From: an uncultured Ruminiclostridium sp.
GTDB lineage: Bacteria; Bacillota; Clostridia; Oscillospirales; Ruminococcaceae
Length of the DNA: 64,000 bases
NCBI GenBank assembly: GCA_947623915.1
Contig: CANQIB010000007.1
Span: 4,583 to 68,582 of the forward strand
Direction: 5' to 3'
Shown: positions 1 to 9,166 of the stretch, piece after piece
How the letters are laid out: each line of letters starts with the position of its first letter
How positions within the stretch are numbered: the stretch's first letter is position 1
Program-made: the position numbers and the translations under genes
Notes under the pieces: model-generated
What the model saw: the letters and a program-made list of their open reading frames with translations, nothing else
Told to the model about the DNA's origin: nothing
Database searches by the model: none

Positions 1-299
1 AAAGGCTTGCCGTAAACATCAAAGTTTTCTACCTTGAACTTTACGGAAACAGTCTGTGTACCTGCGAACTCGTCAGGAGTGATAACAACGTAAACATCTT
101 CTTCACCAACATAAGGGTTGCTGAGGTTTACTCTGATGCCGTGGTCGTCAACCATCTTACCTGCATTTTTGAGGGTAAGTTCAACGGGCTCAGCGGTGTC
201 TTCGGTATCGCCTACGTTCTCAGCGAAAGCCGCAAAAGCCATGGTAGATACTGCAAGAGCAGCAGCAACCACGCCTGCGAAAATTTTCTTCATTTTCAT
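1..299 (-). CDS. Secreted/surface protein, N-terminal part only (runs off window edge); MKMKKIFAGVVAAALAVSTMAFAAFAENVGDTEDTAEPVELTL...
   Basis: Read manually, not in ORF track: ATG at 299 after GGAGG RBS, Sec signal peptide ending AFA-E, frame open to the window edge. Confidence 0.8.
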   Translation of the reverse strand, partial: MKMKKIFAGVVAAALAVSTMAFAAFAENVGDTEDTAEPVELTLKNAGKMVDDHGIRVNLSNPYVGEEDVYVVITPDEFAGTQTVSVKFKVENFDVYGKP

Positions 300-356
300 T
301 TTTTATGTCCTCCATAAAAATTTTCTTTGCTTGACCTGTCTTTCAGGTTCGTTTCT

Positions 357-385
357 ATCATACTACTTCCGCAAAACTTTTTCAA
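357..385 (-). promoter_or_regulatory. sigma-A promoter TTGAAA-N17-TATGAT for the secreted-protein gene
   Basis: Hexamers at 385-380 and 362-357 on minus strand, 17-nt spacer. Confidence 0.55.
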
Positions 386-557
386 TAGGCAAATTTCACA
401 AACAAATATAAATTTTTATATGCACGTTAAACAGTTTCACCAAACTGCGCCCGAAAATAAGGTTTTTAAGTGATTTTCAGCTAAATATTACCATTTTTTT
501 GACGTTTTCGTCGGGCGCGCGGCTATATATAAATAGTAGCGATTGCCGAAAAATTCC

Positions 558-586
558 TTGACATACCGAAATTTTTATAGTATAAT
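558..586 (+). promoter_or_regulatory. sigma-A promoter TTGACA-N17-TATAAT for ileS
   Basis: Perfect consensus hexamers at 558-563 and 581-586. Confidence 0.9.
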
Positions 587-589
587 GTG

Positions 590-825
590 AACAAAGGCTG
601 TGACAAAGACAGTAGGCAATGCGTAAAAAAAGTGTACAGCGAGTCGGGGACGGTGCAAGCCCGACGGCTTTGGCAAGGCTGAATATCACTTTGTAGCTGC
701 CCGCTGAAATCCCGCGGGATAGTAGGTTGGGACGGTATCTCACCGTTATTCGGGACTCATTTGACGGAATGACGTAATAGGTGGTTTTAAGGTTTCCTTA
801 TCCTGTTATGGGTAGGGGAATTTTT
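590..825 (+). promoter_or_regulatory. Ile T-box riboswitch leader (ATC specifier 685-687, T-box TGGT 782-785, terminator about 794-825)
   Basis: AGCGAG/GGTGCAAG stem I motifs, GAAT-ATC-A specifier loop, GCTGAAA..AGTAG stem II, CCGTTAT motif, terminator TTCCTTATCC/GGTAGGGGAA plus T-run directly before ileS. Confidence 0.85.
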
Positions 826-847
826 AATTAGCAGGAGGATAATAAAG

Positions 848-3800
848 ATGTCTGTTTACGAAAAAGTTCCTACTTCTCCGAATTTTCCGGAGCGGGAAAA
901 GGAGATCGAAAGGTTCTGGCACGAGAACGATATTTTCCGCGCCAGCATGAACGCTCGCAGCGACGAGAACACCTACACATTTTACGACGGGCCGCCGACC
1001 GCAAACGGCAAGCCGCATATAGGTCACGTTCTGACCCGCGTTATCAAGGATATGATACCGCGCTATCAGACGATGAAAGGCAAATATGTGCCGCGTAAGG
1101 CGGGGTGGGACACTCACGGACTGCCGGTGGAGCTGGAGGTCGAAAAGCTGCTCGGACTTGACGGCAAGGAGCAGATAGAGCAGTACGGGCTGGAGCCGTT
1201 CATCAAAAAATGTAAGGAAAGCGTCTGGAAATACAAGGGAATGTGGGAGGATTTTTCCCGCACGGTCGGTTTCTGGGCGGATATGGATAAGCCTTACGTC
1301 ACCTATGACAATAATTTTATCGAGTCGGAATGGTGGGCGTTAAAGCAGATATGGGATAAGGGGCTGCTGTACAAGGGCTTTAAAATAGTACCCTACTGCC
1401 CGCGCTGCGGCACGCCGCTGTCCAGTCACGAGGTAGCGCAGGGCTACAAGGATATAAAGGAACGCTCCGCGGTCGCACGTTTCAAGGTAAAGGGCGAGGA
1501 CGCGTATATCCTCGCATGGACGACTACGCCGTGGACGCTGCCGTCAAACGTTGCGCTGTGCGTCAATCCCGACGAGGAGTATGTAAAGGTAAAGACTGCC
1601 GACGGGTATACTTATTATCTGGCGGGAGCGCTGTGCGATACGATACTCGGCGGGGATAAGCCCACCGCTCCGTATGAGATAGTGGAAAAATACACCGGCA
1701 GGGAGCTTGAATACAAGGAATACGAGCCGCTGTTCGACTGTGCCGTGCCGTTATGCGAAAAGCAGAACAAAAAGGCGTTTTTCGTTACCTGCGACGGGTA
1801 TGTAACACTTACCGACGGCACCGGCGTGGTGCATATCGCGCCCGCTTTCGGCGAGGACGACGCCAAGGTCGGCAGGAAATACGATCTGCCGTTCGTGCAG
1901 TTGGTGAACGGCAAGGGCGAAATGACCGAGGAAACGCCCTATGCGGGAGTTTTCTGCAAAAAAGCCGACCCCATGGTGCTGAAAGACCTTGACGCAAAGG
2001 GACTGCTGTTCGACGCGCCCAAGTTCGAGCACAGCTATCCGCATTGTTGGCGCTGTGACACTCCGCTCATATACTATGCGAGAGAGTCCTGGTTCATCAA
2101 AATGACCGACGTGCGCGACCGACTCATCAAAAATAACGAAACGATAAACTGGATACCCGAAAGCGTCGGCAAGAACCGTTTCGGCGACTGGCTGGAAAAC
2201 GTGCAGGACTGGGGACTCAGCCGCAACCGCTACTGGGGCACGCCGCTGAATATCTGGGAGTGCGAGTGCGGACACCGCCACGCGATAGGCAGTATCGCTG
2301 AGCTAAAGGAAATGTCCGACAACTGCCCCGACGATATAGAGCTGCACCGCCCGTATATCGACGCGGTAACTATCACCTGTCCTAAGTGCGGCAAGCAGAT
2401 GAAGCGCGTGCCGGAGGTCATAGACTGCTGGTTCGATTCCGGCTCGATGCCGTTCGCACAGCATCATTATCCCTTTGAAAACAAGGACGTTTTTGAAAAG
2501 CAGTTCCCCGCCGACTTTATCTCCGAGGCGGTGGACCAAACGCGCGGTTGGTTCTATTCCCTGCTCGCCATCTCAACCTTGCTTTTCGACAAAGCGCCGT
2601 ACAAGAACGTTATCGTGCTGGGTCTGGTACTGGACAAGGACGGACAGAAAATGTCAAAATCCAAAGGCAACGCGGTAGACCCGTTCGACGCGCTCGCCAC
2701 TCACGGCGCAGACGCTATACGCTGGTATTTCTATACAAACTCCGCTCCCTGGCTGCCCAACCGTTTCTATGATAAGGCGGTCACCGAGGGGCAAAGAAAG
2801 TACATTTCCACCCTATGGAACACCTACGCGTTTTATGTTTTATATGCGAATATAGACGGCTTTGACCCGACCAAGTACGCTTTACAGCCGGAAAAGCTGT
2901 CGGTAATGGATAAGTGGCTGCTTTCCCGCCTCAACTCTCTGATAACCGAGGTGGACGGAAATCTTGCAAGCTACCGCATACCCGAAGCCGCAAAGGCGCT
3001 GTCGGAGTTCGTGGACGATATGTCCAACTGGTACGTCCGCCGCAGCCGCGAACGTTTCTGGGCAAAGGAGCTTACCGAGGACAAGATAAACGCTTACATG
3101 ACGCTGTACACCGCGTTGGTGACGGTGGCTAAGCTGTCCGCGCCGATGACTCCGTTCATCTGCGACGATATATACCGCAATCTGGTATGCTCGGTGGACA
3201 AAAACGCCCCGATAAGCGTTCATCTGTGCGATTATCCCGTATGCGACGGCAAGCTGGTGGACAAGGAGCTTGAAAGCGAGATGCAGACGGTGCTGACCGT
3301 GGTAACGCTCGGACGCGCCGCGAGAAACGCCGCCGCGATAAAGAACCGTCAGCCCGCGAGAAAGATAACCGTCAAGGGCGATAAAACGCTTGAGCCTATG
3401 TTTGCGGATATAGTCAGGGAGGAGCTGAACGTCAAGGAGATAATATTCACCGACGACGTGAGCGAATACACCGATTACAGCTTTAAGCCGCAGCTTAAAA
3501 CGCTCGGCGCGAAATTCGGCAAGAGGATAAACGAGATACGCACCGCGCTGGCGCAGGTTGACGGCTCGGCGGCAATGGAGCAGTTAAACTCGGTCGGCGT
3601 GCTGACTCTCAGCCTGCCGGACGGAGATGTACAGATAGCGCAGGAGGATCTTCTGATAGAGGAAAAGCAAAAAGAGGGCTGCGCGGTAGTAAGCGACCGC
3701 GGCTATACCGTGGTACTGGATACCGTACTGGACGACGCGCTCATCGAGGAGGGCTTTGTCCGCGAGATAATCAGCAAGGTGCAGTCCATGCGCAAGGACG

Positions 3801-3997
3801 CGGGCTTTGAGGTGATGAACCGCATAATCATCTACTGCGAGGGCAGCGAGAAGATAGCGGGCATACTGGAGCGCAACCGCGAACAAATTTCCGGCGATAC
3901 GCTTGCCGACGAGGTAGTCTTTGACGATATGCAGGGGTATACCTGTGAATGGGATATAAACGGCGAAAAGGTAAAAATGGGCGTAAAGCGGGTATAG
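848..3997 (+). CDS. ileS: Isoleucine--tRNA ligase (long type-2 form)
   Basis: DGPPTANGKPHIGH, WTTTPWTLP, DWGLSRNRYWGTP and KMSKS motifs; 1049 aa; Ile T-box upstream. Confidence 0.97.
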   Translation: MSVYEKVPTSPNFPEREKEIERFWHENDIFRASMNARSDENTYTFYDGPPTANGKPHIGHVLTRVIKDMIPRYQTMKGKYVPRKAGWDTHGLPVELEVEKLLGLDGKEQIEQYGLEPFIKKCKESVWKYKGMWEDFSRTVGFWADMDKPYVTYDNNFIESEWWALKQIWDKGLLYKGFKIVPYCPRCGTPLSSHEVAQGYKDIKERSAVARFKVKGEDAYILAWTTTPWTLPSNVALCVNPDEEYVKVKTADGYTYYLAGALCDTILGGDKPTAPYEIVEKYTGRELEYKEYEPLFDCAVPLCEKQNKKAFFVTCDGYVTLTDGTGVVHIAPAFGEDDAKVGRKYDLPFVQLVNGKGEMTEETPYAGVFCKKADPMVLKDLDAKGLLFDAPKFEHSYPHCWRCDTPLIYYARESWFIKMTDVRDRLIKNNETINWIPESVGKNRFGDWLENVQDWGLSRNRYWGTPLNIWECECGHRHAIGSIAELKEMSDNCPDDIELHRPYIDAVTITCPKCGKQMKRVPEVIDCWFDSGSMPFAQHHYPFENKDVFEKQFPADFISEAVDQTRGWFYSLLAISTLLFDKAPYKNVIVLGLVLDKDGQKMSKSKGNAVDPFDALATHGADAIRWYFYTNSAPWLPNRFYDKAVTEGQRKYISTLWNTYAFYVLYANIDGFDPTKYALQPEKLSVMDKWLLSRLNSLITEVDGNLASYRIPEAAKALSEFVDDMSNWYVRRSRERFWAKELTEDKINAYMTLYTALVTVAKLSAPMTPFICDDIYRNLVCSVDKNAPISVHLCDYPVCDGKLVDKELESEMQTVLTVVTLGRAARNAAAIKNRQPARKITVKGDKTLEPMFADIVREELNVKEIIFTDDVSEYTDYSFKPQLKTLGAKFGKRINEIRTALAQVDGSAAMEQLNSVGVLTLSLPDGDVQIAQEDLLIEEKQKEGCAVVSDRGYTVVLDTVLDDALIEEGFVREIISKVQSMRKDAGFEVMNRIIIYCEGSEKIAGILERNREQISGDTLADEVVFDDMQGYTCEWDINGEKVKMGVKRV

Positions 3998-4009
3998 GAA
4001 CTCCTAAAT

Positions 4010-4915
4010 ATGTTAAATGCGCTTAAAAATATGCCGAACAAGTACAAGGGGATAATCTGCATACTGCTGTCGGCTTTCTGCTTTACCTTTATGAATATAT
4101 TCGTGCGTATGTCGGGGGAGCTCCCGTCGGTGCAAAAGAGCTTTTTTCGCAATCTGGTGGCGTTTTTCTTCGCTCTGGCGATACTGATAAAGGAGCGCGC
4201 CCCGCTGCTGCCGGAGCGGCGCGGCAATCTGCCCGCCCTGACAGCGCGGGCGGTTTGCGGCACGGTGGGAGTGCTGTGCAACTTTTACGCGGTGGATCAT
4301 CTGCTGCTGTCCGACGCGTCCATGCTGAACAAGATGTCGCCGTTTTTCGCGGTGGTGTTCTCAATATTCATTATGCGGGAAAAAGCGGACGCGGTGCAGA
4401 CCGCGGGGATAATCGCGGCGTTTGTCGGCAGCCTGTTCATAATAAAGCCCAGCTTTGCGAATATGGAGCTTATCCCCTCCCTGCTGGGATTTCTCGGCGG
4501 AATGGGCGCGGGCGCGGCTTATGCCTGCGTGCGCTGGCTGGGAGTACACGGGGAACGCGGCTCGTACATAGTGTTCTTCTTTTCGGGATTTTCCTGCCTT
4601 ATAACGCTCCCCTTTCTTATATTTGATTTTCACTACATGACTTTGACGCAATGGCTGATACTCATAGGCGCGGGGCTTGCGGCGGCGGGCGGACAGTTCA
4701 CGATAACCGCCGCGTACAGATACGCGCCCGCAAAGGAAATATCGGTGTACGACTATTCGCAGGTGATATTTTCGGCGCTGATGGGATTTTTGCTGTTCGG
4801 GCAGATACCCGACGCGCTGAGTTGGATAGGATACGCGGTCATATGCGGCGCAGCCGTGGCGATGTTCCTTTATAACGACAGACGAAAGGAGAATAAAAAT
4901 GGAAACGGAGCTTAA
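4010..4915 (+). CDS. DMT/EamA-family transporter
   Basis: About 10 hydrophobic helices in two EamA-like repeats; 301 aa. Confidence 0.85.
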   Translation: MLNALKNMPNKYKGIICILLSAFCFTFMNIFVRMSGELPSVQKSFFRNLVAFFFALAILIKERAPLLPERRGNLPALTARAVCGTVGVLCNFYAVDHLLLSDASMLNKMSPFFAVVFSIFIMREKADAVQTAGIIAAFVGSLFIIKPSFANMELIPSLLGFLGGMGAGAAYACVRWLGVHGERGSYIVFFFSGFSCLITLPFLIFDFHYMTLTQWLILIGAGLAAAGGQFTITAAYRYAPAKEISVYDYSQVIFSALMGFLLFGQIPDALSWIGYAVICGAAVAMFLYNDRRKENKNGNGA

Positions 4916-5306
4916 CGAGCTGAGGGAATTTTTCAAAAACGACCGCTTTGCCACCGAAAACGGCGCGGTCATAGACGAGGTGGGGGAAAATTACGCGCAG
5001 ACCAGCCTTGAGATACAGCCCCGCCATCTTAACGCGGTGGGAGGAGTTATGGGCGGCGTGCCGTTTATGCTCTCCGACTTTGCGTTTGCCGTCGCGACCA
5101 ACCGACCGAACGGCGCGCCGGTGGTCTCCGTAAACTCCAACATAGCCTTTCCCGGCACGGCAAAGGGCAAACGGCTCATCGCAAAAGCCGAATGTGTAAA
5201 GGACGGGCGCAGCACCTGCTGCTATCTGGTGCGCGTCACCGACGAGCTGGGAAACATCGTCACCGAAGCCATGATAACGGGATATAAGATAACAAAAAGC
5301 AAGTAG
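4899..5306 (+). CDS. PaaI-family hotdog-fold thioesterase
   Basis: HLNAVGGVMGG...SDFAFA motif; overlaps the upstream stop (translational coupling). Confidence 0.85.
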   Translation: METELNELREFFKNDRFATENGAVIDEVGENYAQTSLEIQPRHLNAVGGVMGGVPFMLSDFAFAVATNRPNGAPVVSVNSNIAFPGTAKGKRLIAKAECVKDGRSTCCYLVRVTDELGNIVTEAMITGYKITKSK

Positions 5307-5307
5307 A

Positions 5308-5352
5308 AAAAACAGCCGCGCAAGCCGAAAAGCCGCGCGGCTGTTTGTTTTT
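5308..5352 (+). terminator. Intrinsic terminator after the ileS-eamA-paaI operon
   Basis: CAGCCGCGC...GCGCGGCTG stem followed by TTTGTTTTT. Confidence 0.75.
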
Positions 5353-5363
5353 CAAAAAAACTG

Positions 5364-5392
5364 TGGACATTTGTCCCGTACTTGTGTATAAT
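5364..5392 (+). promoter_or_regulatory. sigma-A promoter TGGACA-N17-TATAAT (extended -10) for the GH2 gene
   Basis: Hexamers at 5364-5369 and 5387-5392, TGTG before -10. Confidence 0.7.
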
Positions 5393-5432
5393 TAAAGCAT
5401 AGACTGCAAGTAAGGAGAAAGGAGCGTTCCTT

Positions 5433-8400
5433 ATGAAAAAATTATGGTGTGACGGGTGGAGCTTTGCGCTTACCGAGCCGAATTCCGACCGTACCGCGTT
5501 GGAAAACGCGCATTGGTACGACGTGGAGATACCTCACGACTGGCTGATCGGAGATACCGCCAACCTTTACAAATCCGGCTGCGGCTGGTACAAAAAGACT
5601 TTTCGGCTTACCTCCGAAGAGGCGAAAAGCTCATATATACTTTGCTTCGACGGGGTGTACATGGACAGCACGGTATACCTGAACGGCGAAAAGGTCGGCG
5701 AATGGAAATACGGCTACACCTCTTTTGATTTTGATATAACGGAATATATCCGCGAGGGAGAAAACGAAGTTATGGTGCGGGTAAACTACGTTTCGCCAAA
5801 CTCCCGCTGGTACAGCGGCGCGGGCATTTACAGAAACGTATATCTGCGCCGCACCTCCCGCGAGCATATACTTACCGACGGCGTATATTTCAGCGCGAAA
5901 GCGCTCAACTGTCAGCCTAACAAAAGCGTATCGAGATGGAAGGTGTCGATAGATACCGAGCTTTGCAAAGAGACCGACGGTCAGATACGGCATATCCTGA
6001 CGGCGCCGGACGGTCGGCAGGCCGCCGAGATATGCGGACCTGTCGCGGGCAGCGTCCATCATACCGAATTTTTTACCGACAGTCCGCTGTTATGGAGTAC
6101 CGACAGTCCTAACTTATACACGCTGAAGACCTTTCTTTTATCTAACCGAGGCGAAACGCTGGACGAATCGGAATGTCGCGTGGGCTTTCGCACCGTTAGA
6201 TTTGACCCCGCGTCGGGGCTTTACCTTAACGGTAAACACATCAAGCTGAACGGCGTTTGTCTGCACCACGACCTCGGAGCGCTGGGCGCGGCGGTGAACC
6301 GCGACGCGATAAAGCGTCAGCTTCGAATAATGGCGGATATGGGGGTAAACGCGATACGCACCAGCCATAATCCTCCCGCCCGCGAAACGGCGGAGCTGTG
6401 CGACGAGATGGGACTTCTTATGGACAGCGAATTTTGCGACGTTTGGGAGGAAGCCAAGACCGAATACGACTATTCCCGCTTTTTCCCCGAATGGTACAAA
6501 AAGGACGTTCGCGCCTGGATAACCCGCGACCGCAATCATCCCTGCGTCATAATGTGGAGCATAGGCAACGAGATACACGACACTCACAAGAGCGAGCGCG
6601 GCTTGGAGGTGGCGCAGGCGCTGGTAGACGAGATAAAAAAATATGACCGACGCGGCAACGCAAAGCCCACCATCGGCTCTAACTACATGGGCTGGGAGAA
6701 CGCGCAAAAGGTCGCCGACCTGCTCAAAGCGGCGGGCTACAACTACTCCGAACGCCTTTATAAGGAGCACCACGCGGCTAACCCCGACTGGTACATATAC
6801 GGCAGCGAGACCGCGTCAACGGTACGTTCGCGCGGGATATACCATTTCCCTTACGACTGCGCGCAGCTCACCCACGACGATATGCAATGTTCGGACCTTG
6901 GCAACAGCGTGGTAAACTGGGGCGCGTCCCCGTTCGATTCCTACCGCATGGACCGCGACTGCAAATTTTCGCTGGGGCAGTTCGTCTGGACGGGATTTGA
7001 CTATATCGGAGAGCCTACTCCCTACAGCTCGAAAAACTCGTTCTTCGGAATAACGGATACCGCGGGATTTCCCAAAGAGTCCTACTGGTTCTACAAGGCG
7101 GTATGGAATAAAAAAGATACCGAGCCGTTTATACGGGTGATGCCGTACTGGGACTACAACGAGGGGCAGACGATAGACGTTATCGCCTACAGTAACCTTT
7201 CGGTGCTGGTGCTTGAGCAGGACGGGAAAAAGTCCGATCCGCAGTATCTCGACCTTGCGCACGGGGATAAATTCTGCGCGCAATGGCAGGTGAAATATTC
7301 CGCGGCATCTAATATCAAGGTGTACGGCTATACCGACGGCCGCGCCGCCGCCGAAAACCTCCCCGCCGTCTGCGAAACGCTGTGCGGTTTTTCCGAGCCC
7401 GTAAAGATAATCGTCAATGCCGACCGCACTTCCGTTAAGGCGGACGGACGTTCGCTCTGCTTTGCCGAGATCTCGGTCGAAGATAAAAACGGGCGCGCCG
7501 TTCCCAACGCGAACGACCGCATAAAGCTCACTGTATCGGGCGCGGGCAGGCTCGTCGGTACGGATAACGGCGACAGCACCGACTATGACAGCTACAAAAA
7601 CGACAACCGCCGACTTTTTTCCGGCAGGCTGCTGGCGATAATACAATCGACATTCGACAGCGGTGATATCGTCCTTACGGCGGAAAGCGACGGACTTGAA
7701 AGCGCGTCGCTCACCGTACACGCCGAGCCCTGCGACATACCCGAAGGCGTAAGCGTGGTCACCGAAAATCTTTTTGAGCCGAAGGTAACGCCCTACGTTC
7801 CCGAAAAGCCGATACGCAAGATAGAGCTTTCGGACGGTACAAGCAGGCATTTTGATCCCGAACATACCGAGCATAAGGTGGGGGTAAGGTTACTCCCCGC
7901 CGACGCCGAATACCGCGATATTTCCTTTAAATGCGCGTCTGCAAGCGGAGAAGAGGTGAATTTTGCCGAGGCGTGCGATTTCGACGGAGAGAACGTCACG
8001 GTAAAAGCCAAGGGCGACGGAGAGTTCAGGCTGCGCGCCTACGCGTACAACGGCGGCGATATACCCCGCGTGATATCGGAGCTTGAATATTCGATAACCG
8101 ACATGGGCAGCGCGGTGACGGACGCGTACAGATTTACCGCCGCTACCCTTTGCAATTATACCGACGTTCCGCTAAACAACATAGGCGGCGGCTCGTTCGG
8201 TCTTAACGGAAAAGCTACGCTGGGATTTTTCAACACGGACTTCGGAAAAGCGGGCGCAAACAGGATAACTCTTACCGTCGGCTATTGCGGTTCGCAGCCC
8301 CTGCGCGCGGCTTTGTACATAGGAGATCCCGCCGATACGGGGCGGCAGGTCGGAGAGTTCGAGCTGAGCTACAACAACGGCTGGGACAGAGGCTACCCGC

Positions 8401-8867
8401 AGGAATTTACGCTTCCCGAAATAATAAAGGGGATAAACGACGTTTACATCGAGATAGACGGAGGCTGCATTTTCGGCGGTATCTCCTTTAGCGAATATAA
8501 CCGCGCATACAGCCTTAATTACGCGGCGGACTGCGACAAGCTGTACGGGGACGACTATACCGTCAGCGGCAAGCGAATAACCGACATAGGCAACAACGTG
8601 GTGATAGAATTTGATTCTCTGGACTTTGGCGACGGAGCGCGCACGCTCACCGTTACGGGACGCACGCCGCTCGACGTAAATACCGTACAGATAAGGGCGA
8701 CCGACAAAGACGGCGTTCAGACCGCGCAGATAATCGAATTTCCTCATTCGGACGACTACAGGTCGGTGAAGTTCGACATTGAAAAAATATCCGGCGTAAA
8801 GGATATCAGCTTTGTGTTCCTGCCCGGCGTAAAATTCGACATGGAGAGCTTTGAATTCGGAGAGTGA
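5433..8867 (+). CDS. Glycoside hydrolase family 2 (beta-galactosidase-like) with C-terminal Ig-like and CBM6-like modules
   Basis: SRWYSGAGIYR, GVCLHHDLGALG, NAIRTSHNPP, WSIGNE acid/base, FVWTGFDYIGEP; no signal peptide. Confidence 0.9.
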   Translation: MKKLWCDGWSFALTEPNSDRTALENAHWYDVEIPHDWLIGDTANLYKSGCGWYKKTFRLTSEEAKSSYILCFDGVYMDSTVYLNGEKVGEWKYGYTSFDFDITEYIREGENEVMVRVNYVSPNSRWYSGAGIYRNVYLRRTSREHILTDGVYFSAKALNCQPNKSVSRWKVSIDTELCKETDGQIRHILTAPDGRQAAEICGPVAGSVHHTEFFTDSPLLWSTDSPNLYTLKTFLLSNRGETLDESECRVGFRTVRFDPASGLYLNGKHIKLNGVCLHHDLGALGAAVNRDAIKRQLRIMADMGVNAIRTSHNPPARETAELCDEMGLLMDSEFCDVWEEAKTEYDYSRFFPEWYKKDVRAWITRDRNHPCVIMWSIGNEIHDTHKSERGLEVAQALVDEIKKYDRRGNAKPTIGSNYMGWENAQKVADLLKAAGYNYSERLYKEHHAANPDWYIYGSETASTVRSRGIYHFPYDCAQLTHDDMQCSDLGNSVVNWGASPFDSYRMDRDCKFSLGQFVWTGFDYIGEPTPYSSKNSFFGITDTAGFPKESYWFYKAVWNKKDTEPFIRVMPYWDYNEGQTIDVIAYSNLSVLVLEQDGKKSDPQYLDLAHGDKFCAQWQVKYSAASNIKVYGYTDGRAAAENLPAVCETLCGFSEPVKIIVNADRTSVKADGRSLCFAEISVEDKNGRAVPNANDRIKLTVSGAGRLVGTDNGDSTDYDSYKNDNRRLFSGRLLAIIQSTFDSGDIVLTAESDGLESASLTVHAEPCDIPEGVSVVTENLFEPKVTPYVPEKPIRKIELSDGTSRHFDPEHTEHKVGVRLLPADAEYRDISFKCASASGEEVNFAEACDFDGENVTVKAKGDGEFRLRAYAYNGGDIPRVISELEYSITDMGSAVTDAYRFTAATLCNYTDVPLNNIGGGSFGLNGKATLGFFNTDFGKAGANRITLTVGYCGSQPLRAALYIGDPADTGRQVGEFELSYNNGWDRGYPQEFTLPEIIKGINDVYIEIDGGCIFGGISFSEYNRAYSLNYAADCDKLYGDDYTVSGKRITDIGNNVVIEFDSLDFGDGARTLTVTGRTPLDVNTVQIRATDKDGVQTAQIIEFPHSDDYRSVKFDIEKISGVKDISFVFLPGVKFDMESFEFGE

Positions 8868-8891
8868 GCTTGACCGCGAATCGACTTAGGT

Positions 8892-9120
8892 TCAGACTGT
8901 AGAAAAAGGTCAATATAAAGCGGAAGGAAAGAGTTGAGTTTAAAACTGTCCGCCGTTCGGCGGAAAGTTCACGGGGAAAACCATCAGGGTTTTCACCCTC
9001 AAGTTTGATAAGAGCCGCGCAAAGCGCGGCAAAAATCGAGCTAGACTGCTTACGCAGTCTAGCCGATTTTTTCAGCTTGTCGGGAAATCCGACCGTAGGG
9101 AGGGTTTTTCGACAAGCTGA
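8892..9120 (-). mobile_element. Repeat family A, copy 1 (non-autonomous MITE-like, multi-hairpin)
   Basis: Reverse complement matches 20682-20876 and 46325-46521; imperfect terminal repeats TCAGCTTGTCG / CTACAGTCTGA. Confidence 0.85.
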
Positions 9121-9153
9121 ACTACCCCGACAGGTATAACCTGTCGGGGTAGT
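9121..9153. terminator. Terminator hairpin between convergent GH2 and EF-G-like genes
   Basis: ACTACCCCGACAGG-TATAA-CCTGTCGGGGTAGT 14-bp perfect stem. Confidence 0.75.
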
Positions 9154-9166
9154 TATATTTATGGTT

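Noticed and set aside
848-3997. ileS as an acquired mupirocin-resistance gene
   Set aside because: The long type-2 IleRS is the normal housekeeping form in many Clostridia; it has a native T-box and no mobility signs
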